DNA of 64,000 nucleotides from Candidatus Poribacteria bacterium (GCA_016215705.1 JACRIR010000051.1:7771-71770); one strand, 5' to 3'. Counted from the stretch's first letter, positions 46,533-56,711 are shown. Numbers and translations are program-made. Notes: a model not told the origin generated them from the sequence alone.

Positions 46533-47234
46533 CTATTCTGAGAAGTAGCTCTCATTGCGATCATTTGAAGATACTGGGGACTTGCCAAACAGGTAGCTTA
46601 CGTATCGTTTTGCCTTTGTTAACCCTGGAAGATCGTTGTCATTTACGGTGGCAAGAAACCTGGCCTCTTCCTCTTTAGCTAATGAGGCCGAGACAAAGAT
46701 TTCGGGATGTCCGGTAACTAATTGTTCATATCCCGTTCCGTTCAAATGCGTTCCGTCTCCCATCCTTTGTGCGAGTTCATGGACTTCGAAAGGCGAAATC
46801 ACATAAACCTTTTCAGGGCGCAATGACTTCCTAATCGTCTCAGTGAATTCGCGAAGGTTCCTGTCCACTATCTCCCGTGGGTCTCCACGAATGATGTCAA
46901 ACGTACCGGCAATCACGATCAGTCTCTTGCCGGTCCATCCCGACGGGCGCTTGAATTTCGTCTTCTTCATTTCATCTAAACCGGTCGCCACCTGGAAAAG
47001 ACGATGGGCGCAGTATACCTCCTGTTTCCACGTTCCGACGTTGCAGTCCCCAATAATCAACGTGTCATGATCCATCGGCAAGCTGGATAACTCCTGTCGG
47101 CTGATAATGATAGGCTTCCGAAATATCCTCTGTTCCGGAAGCATCCAGACAACTGCGACATACAATAGAATTATGTATATGTAACATGTTACAAGTATCA
47201 CTAGTTTTCTATCTTTGCCTGTCAGAAAACTCAT
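46533..47234 (-). CDS. membrane-anchored SGNH/GDSL-hydrolase-like protein with Cys at the nucleophile position
   Basis: N-terminal TM helix. Block I reads IIGDCNVG, where the usual motif is GDS. Block V reads DGTHLNGTGY (DxxH). Confidence 0.45.
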   Translation of the reverse strand: MSFLTGKDRKLVILVTCYIYIILLYVAVVWMLPEQRIFRKPIIISRQELSSLPMDHDTLIIGDCNVGTWKQEVYCAHRLFQVATGLDEMKKTKFKRPSGWTGKRLIVIAGTFDIIRGDPREIVDRNLREFTETIRKSLRPEKVYVISPFEVHELAQRMGDGTHLNGTGYEQLVTGHPEIFVSASLAKEEEARFLATVNDNDLPGLTKAKRYVSYLFGKSPVSSNDRNESYFSE

Positions 47235-47437
47235 TGTCCGCTCGCAGTACTACAACATTATCCCTATGTAGCGTTGGCGTTCCTATTCTATCATATCACA
47301 AAGATACATTGGTTTTGCCGCGAACGACCTCACCGGAACAGAGACAAAGAAATCGGCTGTCACAGTCTATCTTCTCATCTCCGTTTCGGGAGCGGTTACC
47401 GATGTGGACACGGCCTTGAGAATCGAGAACCCGCTGA

Positions 47438-47470
47438 CCTTGAATCTTGAACCCTAAACCATAAACCGAG
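47438..47470. repeat. family E repeat copy
   Basis: ccttgaatcttgaaccctaaaccataaaccgag. Confidence 0.5.
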
Positions 47471-47545
47471 TTTATTGGCCGGTTGCATGATATCTCGTTT
47501 CCTGATAGAATCCATTCACGCAAAATGACGGGTGATGAACGATGA

Positions 47546-49690
47546 ATGCGGAATGAAGAGGAGTGGGTAATGAGAAGAGGAATTGCGATAGTATCTGCCA
47601 TATGCGTTGCAATTGGCGCCGTCATAATAATTCATCTATTTGGCGAAAAGGGAAATGCGGAGGCGGTTCCCACCGGCAAGACTTATGACGTTCGCATCTT
47701 GCGAGACACATGGGGTGTGCCCCACATTTTCGGCCGCACCGATGCAGATGTTGCATATGGGCTTGCTTATGCCCATGCCGAGGATGACTTCAAAACCATT
47801 CAAGATTCATTGCTTGCCGCACGCGGACAACTGGCTTCTGTTTACGGCCGGAAGTCAGCGCCCATGGACTATTTGGTTCACCTGCTGCGCATCTGGGACG
47901 TAGTTGACTCAAAATACGAGGCCGACCTCAGCCCCGAAACAAAGGCGATCTGCGAAGCCTATGCCGCAGGTCTGACACGCTATGCCGAACAGCATCCGCG
48001 CGAGGTTGCGCCCGGTCTCCTTCCATTTAGGGGCAAAGACATCGTTGCCGGATTTGTCCAGAAAGTGCCTCTGTTTTTCGGACTCGATTCGACTCTTTCC
48101 AAGTTGTATGCCTCAAAACCGGCGCAATCGGCCCCGGCGCGATCATCGACTCACGCGCTTCTGTGGACTCCGACACCGGACGCGATGACGGGCTCCAACA
48201 CGTTCGCGGTTAGCCCCGCGCGTTCAGCCGACGGCAAGACGCGGCTTGCCATCAATTCGCACCAGCCATGGACCGGGCCGGTCGCATGGTACGAAACTCA
48301 CCTCCACAGCGAAGAAGGATGGGACATGGTCGGCGGCGTTTTTCCAGGCTCGCCGACAATTCTTCACGGACACAACCGGAATCTCGGATGGGCGCATACA
48401 GTGAACAGGCCCGATCTTATCGATGTCTACGTTCTCGAGATCAATCCCGAAAATCCAACCCGGTACAAGTTTGACGGCAGTTGGCGTGACCTCGAGGTCA
48501 GGTCCGCGCCAATCAAGGTGAAATTGCTAGGTCCGATCTCGTGGACATTCAAGAAAGAGGTTCTCTGGTCGGTGTACGGTCCGGTCATTCGGTTACCCCA
48601 CGGGACCTATGCCCTCCGCTACGCGGGCATGGGAGACGTACGTCAGGTCGAGCAATGGTACCGCATGAACAAGGCGCGCAATCTCGATGAATGGCTGGAC
48701 GCCATGCGCATTCAGGGCATTCCTTCATTCAATTGTGGCTACGCTGACCGCGAAGGAAACATATACTATATCTATAATGCTCGATTGCCCTTACGCGCAG
48801 AAGGCTACGATTGGTCGGGCTATTTGCCCGGAAACACTTCGGAAACCCTTTGGACAGAGTATCTGCCGTTCGATAAGTTGCCCCAAGTCAAGAACCCGGC
48901 TTCCGGCTTCTTCCAGAACTGCAATAGCTGCCCCTTTCAAACGACCATTGGTTCAGATAATCCAAAGCCCGAGAGTTTCTCGCCGACGTTTGGAATCGAG
49001 ACCCGCATGACGAACCGGGCCCTTAGGGCGCTCGAGCTGTTCGGCTCGGATGAATCCATTACGGAAGAGGAGTTTTATACGTACAAGTACGATGTAACTT
49101 ACTCGAAGAAGTCACAGGTCGCTCAGCTTGTTGGAACAGTCCTCTCAGCGCCTCGTTCCGACGACCCCGTTGTCCGGGAGGCGGTCGAGGTTCTGCGGGC
49201 GTGGGACCTTCGGACAAACCCCGAGAACACCAATGCCGCCATCGCAGCATTGACAGTGGACCCTATTCTCAGGGCACAATACCGCGACAAACAGCCACCG
49301 GATGTCATGACGACCTTCGTTGATGCCGCTCACGGGTTGAAACGGTTCTATGGCCGAATAGATGTTCCTTGGAATCAGGTCAACCGCCTGCGGCGTGGCA
49401 AGCTCGACCTCGGCCTCGGTGGTGGTCCGGACGTTCTTCACGCCATTCATGGCAAGTTCAAGGACGGCCACATGATCGGCGATTCCGGCGAGTGTTACGT
49501 ACTCATGGTCACATTTGACAAAAAGGGAGTTGCCTCACGCAGTATCCATCAGTACGGTAGCGCGACGCTCGACTCGAAATCGCCACACTATGCCGATCAG
49601 TCGCTGTTGTTCGTGAAGTGTGAGATGAAGCCGGTGTGGCTCGACGAATCCGAGATACGCGCCCATCTCGAACGAGAATACAGACCGTAA
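47546..49690 (+). CDS. penicillin acylase family protein (Ntn-hydrolase, S45; penicillin amidase / acyl-homoserine-lactone acylase-like)
   Basis: 714 aa. The N-terminal alpha region has DTWGVPHIFGRTDADVAYGLAYAHAEDDF. Predicted autoprocessing site and Ser nucleophile at GSNTFAVSP. Confidence 0.85.
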   Translation: MRNEEEWVMRRGIAIVSAICVAIGAVIIIHLFGEKGNAEAVPTGKTYDVRILRDTWGVPHIFGRTDADVAYGLAYAHAEDDFKTIQDSLLAARGQLASVYGRKSAPMDYLVHLLRIWDVVDSKYEADLSPETKAICEAYAAGLTRYAEQHPREVAPGLLPFRGKDIVAGFVQKVPLFFGLDSTLSKLYASKPAQSAPARSSTHALLWTPTPDAMTGSNTFAVSPARSADGKTRLAINSHQPWTGPVAWYETHLHSEEGWDMVGGVFPGSPTILHGHNRNLGWAHTVNRPDLIDVYVLEINPENPTRYKFDGSWRDLEVRSAPIKVKLLGPISWTFKKEVLWSVYGPVIRLPHGTYALRYAGMGDVRQVEQWYRMNKARNLDEWLDAMRIQGIPSFNCGYADREGNIYYIYNARLPLRAEGYDWSGYLPGNTSETLWTEYLPFDKLPQVKNPASGFFQNCNSCPFQTTIGSDNPKPESFSPTFGIETRMTNRALRALELFGSDESITEEEFYTYKYDVTYSKKSQVAQLVGTVLSAPRSDDPVVREAVEVLRAWDLRTNPENTNAAIAALTVDPILRAQYRDKQPPDVMTTFVDAAHGLKRFYGRIDVPWNQVNRLRRGKLDLGLGGGPDVLHAIHGKFKDGHMIGDSGECYVLMVTFDKKGVASRSIHQYGSATLDSKSPHYADQSLLFVKCEMKPVWLDESEIRAHLEREYRP

Positions 49691-49763
49691 GAATTGGTTC
49701 CTGGTTTGGATGGCGAGTGGGCGTGCGTGTTCAACCTTCGACTTTCTTGGGAGGGAATGATTC

Positions 49764-52004
49764 ATGACTGACTGGAAGAAGACGACATGCGTTCTGTGCG
49801 CGGTTAATTGCGGCCTTGAGGTGCAGACCCAGGGCAACCGCATAACGAATGTTCGGGGTGACAAAGATTCGCCTCGAAGTCAGGGTTATGCCTGTCGCAA
49901 AGGTCTTTCGATAGCGTATTTTCAGGACAATGCGCAACGACTCAAGCATCCGCTCAAGAGAGTCGGCAAAACATTCGAGAAAATATCGTGGGAGCAGGCG
50001 ACAAGCGAGATCGCTGCAAAGCTTAAAGAGTTGGTGGGAACGTATGGACCTAAGTGTCTCGCATATATGGGAGGCGGCGGACAGGGCTGTCATTTCGAGG
50101 CTGCGTTCGGCGTTCGCCTGTTGAGGGCCCTTGGCTCGAGGTACCACTACTCCGCGCTCGCGCAGGAGTTGACCGGCTTCTTTTACGTGCAGGGAGAGGC
50201 GTATGGCCGTCAATACCTGCATGCGGTTCCCGACACTGACCGCACGGAGGTTCTCGTATTTTGGGGCAGCAACGCATGGCGGAGTCATGGGATGCTTCGG
50301 GCTCGACCCGAGATCACGAGGCTGTGGAAGGACAGAAAGAAATACGTGGTTGTGATCGACCCTTGCCAGACCGACACCGCCTTACGCGCAGACATCCATC
50401 TCTCGCCAAGACCGGGGACGGACACCCTGCTCCTGAAAGCGATGATATGTATTCTGCTCGACGAAATGCTTTACGACGAGGAATACGTGAGGCAACATAC
50501 AACAGGCTTCGGGGATGTATTGAAACTCTTCGAGGGCTTCGACATCAGCGCCGCATTGAAAGTCTGTGAGCTTGAAGAGAAGGAGGTCGTCAACCTCGTC
50601 CACTTGCTCGCGGCCGGCAGATGTAGTTTTCGCTCCGACCTGGGATTACTCATGGGGCGGAACAGCACGCTGAATTCGTACCTCGAGATGATATTCATAA
50701 ACCTGCTCGGCCGCGTCGGCGCCGAGGGGGGAAACGTCTTCCTGGGTCATCTAGTTCCCCTGGGCAGCCACACTCCTGTTGACGATCCTGCAAACTGGCG
50801 AACCGTCGAGACTGGCTTTCCGGCAATAATGGGGGTGTATCCGCCGAACGTGATGCCCGAGGAAATCCTGAGCGAGAAGCCGGATCGCCTCCGCGCGGTG
50901 ATTGCCAGCGGCTCGAATCCGCTTCGCTCGTACGCTGACACATCGGCTTATGAGCGCGCGTTCAAGGAACTCGATCTGCTGGTGACCGTCGAGGTCGCAA
51001 TGACCGAGACCGCTGCGCTTTCTCATTATGTCCTTCCCGCGAAATCCGCATACGAAAAATGGGACGGCTCATTCTTTTCCTGGAAATATCCCGAGTATTA
51101 CTTCCATATGCGCAGGCCTTTATGCGAAGCGCTCGGCGAGCCAAAGGAAGAAGCTGAAATATTCACTGATATCGCCGATGCTCTCGGCCTTATTCCGCGA
51201 TATCCGGCGGAGCTCGAGGAACTTGCCTCGGGCGATCGGCTCCGGTACGGAATGGCTCTGATGAGCTACGTGAGCGAGAACCCGGCATGCGCCGACATGC
51301 TGCCGTTCATCGTTGCCCGAACTCTTGGTAAGGCGCTTGGCTCGCACGCTCTGTCGCTCCTGTGGGCGATACTGGCGCGATACTGCCAATCCGCCGGAAG
51401 TCGCCTGGAGCGGGCAGGGTATACACTCTCGCCGGCGCTCGGTGACCAGCTTTTTGAGAAGGTAAAGAATACCCCTGGAGACGTCTTGATCTCCGTCGAA
51501 AACAAGGAAGAAAACCTTCGCGAGAATATCAAGACCCCCGACGGCAAGGTTCACCTTAATATCCCGGCGCTCGACAAATGGGTGGCAGAGATTAAGCCGG
51601 CCGACGAACTCAAGAAACTGGAAAGCACGGGTTATCCGATGGTCTTGGTCGCGGGAGAGCGCACTGACTTCAATGCGAATACGCTCATGCGCAATCCAGA
51701 GTGGACGGGCGGAGTGCGCGCCGGCACGATGAAAATTCACCCCGACGATGCAAAAGGCCTCGGCCTTGTGACGGGTGGAAAAGCGCTCATCGAAACCGAG
51801 GCCGGTTCACTCGAGGTCGACGTCGAAGTGAGCAACAGACCACGACGCGGAATGGTGATTATTCCTCACGGGTTTGGCCTCAACTACGGCGGACAGATCG
51901 ACGGCGTAAACGTCAACTACCTTGCGCCCGCTCGCAATCGTGATCACTTCGCGGCGACTCCATTGCATCGGTTCGTGCCTTGCCGCGTCTCAGCGATTCG
52001 CTGA
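49764..52004 (+). CDS. molybdopterin-dependent oxidoreductase (MopB/DMSO-reductase superfamily), substrate unknown
   Basis: 746 aa. N-terminal 4Fe-4S motif CVLCAVNCG...C. C-terminal molybdopterin-dinucleotide-binding domain. No Cys or in-frame TGA at the position aligning to the FdhF Sec. Confidence 0.8.
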   Translation: MTDWKKTTCVLCAVNCGLEVQTQGNRITNVRGDKDSPRSQGYACRKGLSIAYFQDNAQRLKHPLKRVGKTFEKISWEQATSEIAAKLKELVGTYGPKCLAYMGGGGQGCHFEAAFGVRLLRALGSRYHYSALAQELTGFFYVQGEAYGRQYLHAVPDTDRTEVLVFWGSNAWRSHGMLRARPEITRLWKDRKKYVVVIDPCQTDTALRADIHLSPRPGTDTLLLKAMICILLDEMLYDEEYVRQHTTGFGDVLKLFEGFDISAALKVCELEEKEVVNLVHLLAAGRCSFRSDLGLLMGRNSTLNSYLEMIFINLLGRVGAEGGNVFLGHLVPLGSHTPVDDPANWRTVETGFPAIMGVYPPNVMPEEILSEKPDRLRAVIASGSNPLRSYADTSAYERAFKELDLLVTVEVAMTETAALSHYVLPAKSAYEKWDGSFFSWKYPEYYFHMRRPLCEALGEPKEEAEIFTDIADALGLIPRYPAELEELASGDRLRYGMALMSYVSENPACADMLPFIVARTLGKALGSHALSLLWAILARYCQSAGSRLERAGYTLSPALGDQLFEKVKNTPGDVLISVENKEENLRENIKTPDGKVHLNIPALDKWVAEIKPADELKKLESTGYPMVLVAGERTDFNANTLMRNPEWTGGVRAGTMKIHPDDAKGLGLVTGGKALIETEAGSLEVDVEVSNRPRRGMVIIPHGFGLNYGGQIDGVNVNYLAPARNRDHFAATPLHRFVPCRVSAIR

Positions 52005-52042
52005 CATGCGAGAAACGACTCTATGCGGTAATCGTTCACAAG

Positions 52043-52112
52043 AAACCGGGGATACGATGCGACATCGTGTCCCCGGTTTCTTGATGAAGCATCGTGCCCC
52101 CGGTTTTCTTGC
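52043..52112. repeat. REP-like palindrome family A, copy 6 plus a partial tandem copy
   Basis: gaaaccggggatacgatgcgacatcgtgtccccggtttcttg, then gaagcatcgtgcccccggttttcttg. Confidence 0.65.
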
Positions 52113-52205
52113 GGAACTCTCTCGCAATTCTGATTCAAACGGCAATTCCTTCGTAGGAGCCCGCGGCCGTGCGCCTCTACGGGCAATTACAGGACTCAGT
52201 TGGCT

Positions 52206-53354
52206 CTACTGACTCTTCGCCATCTCTGAAATGGCGTCCCACGCATTGTCTATCTCTTCATTCGTTCTCAGAATCTTGAACAAGAAATCGCGGGTCATGG
52301 CGCCCGCTTTCTGCTCCTCCTGCAAGAGGCTCCACGCACTCGTGTTCTTCATGGCTTCTACGCACCGTCGCATCGCTGCGTCGCCTACAACAGCTTTGTT
52401 ATCCGATGCATACGCGCCAAGGAATTGCCCGGCGGCATACCCCATACTCATTCCTGTGAGGATGCCCGAGGCGCCTTTTGCGCCAACATGGCCGCCGGCG
52501 TCTCCGACGAGCACAAGCCCGGGCCGCGCAAAGTCATCGGGCAATCCTCCAAAGACGAGCTTGTCGACGCTGGTCAGCGTGTAGGAGGCGTTTCTCAGCC
52601 TCTGATTCAGTATCGGGTGCTCGCTCCTGTGCTTTTCCCAAACGTCTGCTATGTCAACTCCCTGCGCCTCGCGGGTTTGTTCCCATATGGTCATACCGCA
52701 TTCCGCGCTCTTATCCGCACGCGGGAAAATCCACAGCGCTCCGGCCGGATTGTTGAGCAGAAAAAATTCCAGCATGTCAGAGTCCGGAATATCTGCGCTC
52801 TCCACAATCACCTTGTAGGCCGCGCAAATGTTTGGCGCGGGCAATCCCGCTTGTTCCCTCAGAAACGAACTATGGCCATCGGCCCCGACTACAGCTTTGC
52901 ATCTCAGGTTGAAAGACCTGTTTGACGACAATCCTTCAATGCCGCAGACTTCGCCGGAGTCGTTCTGCATCAGTTCTGTAATCGCCGTATTCAGAAGCAG
53001 TGTGGCGCCGGACTCTACACAGGCTTTTGCAATTTCATGTGTTAATAGACGATAGTCGATCACCAGCGATGCGACTCGAGGCGCCAGTATCATATGCTTC
53101 TTGCATGACGGGCTGAATATCCTTCGCCGCTTGCTCGTTCCCTTGATGACGCAATCCGGCAGCGGTTTACGTAAAATCTCCGCGACGATTGTGTTGTCGC
53201 GCTTGATCACCTCGCCCTTCACCTTCAAGGCGATCTCGGGAGATCGGTCAAGCACGAGTGTTTTTGCCCCGGCTCTTGCAGAGCCGGTTGCGGCGGCCAA
53301 TCCCGCAACGCCGGCTCCGACAACAATCACGTCATATTCGGATTGAAGGTCCAT
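52206..53354 (-). CDS. FAD-dependent oxidoreductase (geranylgeranyl-reductase / FixC-like family)
   Basis: Dinucleotide-binding motif DVIVVGAGVAGLAAA at the N-terminus when started at Met 53354. The ORF track extends to 53561 with no supporting features. Confidence 0.7.
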   Translation of the reverse strand: MDLQSEYDVIVVGAGVAGLAAATGSARAGAKTLVLDRSPEIALKVKGEVIKRDNTIVAEILRKPLPDCVIKGTSKRRRIFSPSCKKHMILAPRVASLVIDYRLLTHEIAKACVESGATLLLNTAITELMQNDSGEVCGIEGLSSNRSFNLRCKAVVGADGHSSFLREQAGLPAPNICAAYKVIVESADIPDSDMLEFFLLNNPAGALWIFPRADKSAECGMTIWEQTREAQGVDIADVWEKHRSEHPILNQRLRNASYTLTSVDKLVFGGLPDDFARPGLVLVGDAGGHVGAKGASGILTGMSMGYAAGQFLGAYASDNKAVVGDAAMRRCVEAMKNTSAWSLLQEEQKAGAMTRDFLFKILRTNEEIDNAWDAISEMAKSQ

Positions 53355-53545
53355 ATGATTCGCCGCCTTTATTGCTGAACATAACTTCAATGGATTTGTC
53401 AGATTATAAGTTGTCGCAGCATGCGAAGTCAAAAAGGCTGATGTCAAGTGGAGTATAGGGACTGCCCCGCAATTGGACATCGGGAGTAGTCCCTGTAAAT
53501 GCGAATTTATTTGCATGGTTTTTCCGCGTTGTTTTTGCCTCGTGA

Positions 53546-53563
53546 GTGTGAATATATTCACAC
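53546..53563. promoter_or_regulatory. perfect 18-bp palindrome matching the CRP/FNR-family consensus TGTGA-N6-TCACA
   Basis: GTGTGAATATATTCACAC, about 130 bp upstream of the alpha-glucan phosphorylase start, in a divergent intergenic region. Confidence 0.5.
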
Positions 53564-53693
53564 CTACAGAATTGGAAAACAGTCTCTATAGGGCGCTCGC
53601 GTCACGATTTTGATTATCAAGGCGTGAGATGATAGTATTATGCGGTTAAAGTTCGCAGGAAAACTCGAGGGACCCAAATGAGGAGAGCCACTT

Positions 53694-55832
53694 ATGACGA
53701 ATCCGGGCAATCGTCTTCACGAACGACTACATGCGTTGGCCCAAAATCTCTGGTGGACATGGCATCCCGAAGTAATCAGCATTTTCACTGATCTTGACCC
53801 ACAGTTGTGGCGTCGGGCTGATCACAATCCGATTGCCTTCCTGAACCAGATTGGTCCGGAGGAGGTTGAGGAGCGCGCCGCTGAACTTGTGCTGCACAGC
53901 CGCATCAATTATGCATTCCGCCGCCTTAGCGAGTATCTTGGCAAAAGCGAGACATGGGGATCGGTTCATTGTGGCAATCTTAAGGGCAGGCCGGTCGTCT
54001 ATTTTTCTGCGGAATTCGGGTTGCACGAATCCATGCCGATTTACTCCGGCGGTCTCGGCATCCTGGCCGGTGACCATCTGAAGAGCGCATCCGACCTCGG
54101 AATCCCGCTGATAGGGATCGGACTTCTCTATCATCAAGGCTACTTCAGCCAGCGCATCAACAAGGATGGTTGGCAAGAGGAAGAGTACGTAAATCTGGAC
54201 ATACGGCAGCTTCCGCTGCAGCAAGTCGCAGACTTGAACAACAATCCTCTCATTGTCAAAGTTGAAACTCGGAGCGGGATGCTTCAGGCCCGTGTGTGGC
54301 GATTGCAAGTGGGGCGAATCAACTTGTTGCTGCTTGATTCTAATGTAGAGGGGAATTCAGCCGAGGACCGTGAGCTCACGTCGCGCCTGTATGGCGGCAA
54401 TAACCGTGTTCGAATCCGACAGGAGCTCCTGTTGGGTGTTGGTGGCGCGCGCATTCTTCAAGCCCTGAACATATACCCCGGGGTCTTGCACCTGAACGAA
54501 GGACATAGCGCCTTTGCCATCCTGGAGGAAATCCGCCGCGTGATGGTGGATGACGCGCTTCCGTTCTCAAGGTCGCGGCGCCGTGTCTCGCTCTATACCG
54601 TCTTCACCACGCATACTCCCGTGGAAGCCGGACATGATCGTTTCTCGCCCGATCTCGTCGAGGAACATCTCGGAGTGCTGCGCGAAAGAATGGGATTGTC
54701 TCACGAAGACTTCATGGCCCAGGGCCGTGTCAATCCGGGCGACAGGTCTGAACCTTTCTGTATGACCGTTCTGGCGCTGAAGAATTCGCGCCAGGCAAAC
54801 GCGGTGTCGGCGATTCATGCTGATATCAGCCGTCGTATGTGGCATCGTCTCTGGCCTGAGCGCCCGGAGGTGGAAGTTCCCATAGGGCACATAACGAATG
54901 GCGTGCACGTGCCTTCGTGGCTGGCGCCGCAAATGCACCAACTGTTCGAGACCCGCCTTGCGCAGGATTGGCCTACCCGCATGGTTCACCCCGACGTATG
55001 GGAGAAAGTGGCTGAGATCGATGACGGAGAATTGTGGGAGACGCACCAAAGCTTGAAGATGCGGCTCATTCGCTTCGTGAGACGCCGCCTTCAGGTGCAG
55101 GCGAAGCGAGTCGGGAACCAGGAAATCATTCAGCAAATCGACCACATCCTGGATCCGGAAATTCTTACAATCGGCTCCGCACGCCGGTTTGCAACTTACA
55201 AACGCGGAGATATCATTCTCTCGCAACCCGATCGGCTCGCCAAATTGATTGGCGATACGCAGCGGCCGGTCCAGATTATATTCGCCGGCAAAGCCCATCC
55301 GCACGACGAGGACGGCAAACGGATGTTACAGCGAATCTTTCGCGAATCCGGTCACCCGGCCTACAGGTTCCGGATTGTGTTTGTGGAGGACTACGACTAT
55401 AATGTTGCGCGCCATCTTGTCCAGGGTGTAGACGTGTGGCTGAACACTCCACGACGGCCTCTGGAGGCATGTGGCACAAGCGGCCAGAAAGTGGTCTTGA
55501 ACGGAGTCCTCAACCTGTCTGTGCTCGACGGCTGGTGGAATGAAGCATACAATGGCGATAATGGTTTTGCAGTCGGACATGGCGGCATGCACAATGACCC
55601 GAACGTACAGTACCAACGCGATGCCGAATTCCTTTATCAAACCCTGGAACGAGAAGTTATACCGCTCTACTATGAGCGTAACACGAGCGGAATTCCGCAC
55701 AAGTGGTTGCAGCGGATGAAGGCCGGATTCCAGACCCTCGGCTGGCGGTTCAACGCCGACCGAATGGTCAAGGACTACGTTGAACGACTCTATCTTCCGG
55801 CGGCGAGCGCTACCTCTGCCGAGATGCTGTAG
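53694..55832 (+). CDS. alpha-glucan phosphorylase (GT35, DUF3417-type maltodextrin/glycogen phosphorylase)
   Basis: 712 aa. N-terminal NLWWTWHPE motif. PLP-lysine region ARRFATYKRGD. GT35 core. Confidence 0.9.
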   Translation: MTNPGNRLHERLHALAQNLWWTWHPEVISIFTDLDPQLWRRADHNPIAFLNQIGPEEVEERAAELVLHSRINYAFRRLSEYLGKSETWGSVHCGNLKGRPVVYFSAEFGLHESMPIYSGGLGILAGDHLKSASDLGIPLIGIGLLYHQGYFSQRINKDGWQEEEYVNLDIRQLPLQQVADLNNNPLIVKVETRSGMLQARVWRLQVGRINLLLLDSNVEGNSAEDRELTSRLYGGNNRVRIRQELLLGVGGARILQALNIYPGVLHLNEGHSAFAILEEIRRVMVDDALPFSRSRRRVSLYTVFTTHTPVEAGHDRFSPDLVEEHLGVLRERMGLSHEDFMAQGRVNPGDRSEPFCMTVLALKNSRQANAVSAIHADISRRMWHRLWPERPEVEVPIGHITNGVHVPSWLAPQMHQLFETRLAQDWPTRMVHPDVWEKVAEIDDGELWETHQSLKMRLIRFVRRRLQVQAKRVGNQEIIQQIDHILDPEILTIGSARRFATYKRGDIILSQPDRLAKLIGDTQRPVQIIFAGKAHPHDEDGKRMLQRIFRESGHPAYRFRIVFVEDYDYNVARHLVQGVDVWLNTPRRPLEACGTSGQKVVLNGVLNLSVLDGWWNEAYNGDNGFAVGHGGMHNDPNVQYQRDAEFLYQTLEREVIPLYYERNTSGIPHKWLQRMKAGFQTLGWRFNADRMVKDYVERLYLPAASATSAEML

Positions 55833-55888
55833 GTCATGGAACTTCAATGCCGGATTCTGTCTGAATAGCACGGGAGGCGAAGAGAATT

Positions 55889-56617
55889 ATGAAACTGAAG
55901 GGCAAGGTGGCAATTGTTACGGGGAGTGGCCGGGGAATCGGGCGCGAGATAGCTGAGCTTTTTGCAAGTGAAGGCGCTCGCGTTGTTGTCTCAGCTCGAA
56001 GCTCGGAGCAGATCGCCGGAGTTGTCGAAAAAATTGTCGGCGATGGCGGCGAAGCCATAGGCGTGAGCATCGACGTGTCGCGCGAGCAAGACGCCAATCG
56101 ATTGGTGGAAGAGACGATGGCCAGGTTCGGGCGCGTAGACATTCTCGTGAACAACGCCGGCATCCTTCGAAGCAGCCCGCTTGTCGCGTTCGACCCGGCT
56201 GAATGGCGACAGGTGATCGAGATCAATCTCATGGGCACGTTCTATTGCACGAGAGCCGTGGCGCCGATTATGGTCGAGCGCCAATGGGGTCGTATTATCA
56301 ATATGGCTTCGCGAAGCGGCAAGATAGGCCATCCCTATTTGACTCCCTATTGCGCCTCGAAACACGGCGTTGTCGGATTCACAAAGTCGCTCGCGGAGGA
56401 GTTGGCGCCGTTCAACATAACGGTAAACGCGATCTGTCCCGGCCTCGTCGAAACCGACATGGTCCCGGACACGATCAGACAGCAGGCGGGTGGCGGAATC
56501 ATAAAGCCGCGCCAGATCGCCGACCTTGCTCTCTATCTTGCAAGCGATTCGGCGAGTGCGGTCAATGGAGAATCGATCAACATCTTCGGCAGTACGAAGC
56601 TGAACCTGAGTTTTTAG
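55889..56617 (+). CDS. SDR family oxidoreductase (3-oxoacyl-ACP-reductase-like)
   Basis: 242 aa with GKVAIVTGSGRGIGREIA, NNAG, and catalytic YCASKHG. Confidence 0.85.
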   Translation: MKLKGKVAIVTGSGRGIGREIAELFASEGARVVVSARSSEQIAGVVEKIVGDGGEAIGVSIDVSREQDANRLVEETMARFGRVDILVNNAGILRSSPLVAFDPAEWRQVIEINLMGTFYCTRAVAPIMVERQWGRIINMASRSGKIGHPYLTPYCASKHGVVGFTKSLAEELAPFNITVNAICPGLVETDMVPDTIRQQAGGGIIKPRQIADLALYLASDSASAVNGESINIFGSTKLNLSF

Positions 56618-56711
56618 CTCATGCCCGCGCCGCAATCATGGATAAGTGCGCGGACTAACAAGCTGCCCGTGGCGCATCATGTCTCTCTGACGATAAAGGA
56701 GAACGGACCCG

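Noticed and set aside
49764-52004. Molybdopterin oxidoreductase as a formate-dehydrogenase-type selenoprotein
   Set aside because: The ORF is uninterrupted. The residue aligned to the FdhF Sec is neither Cys nor encoded by TGA.
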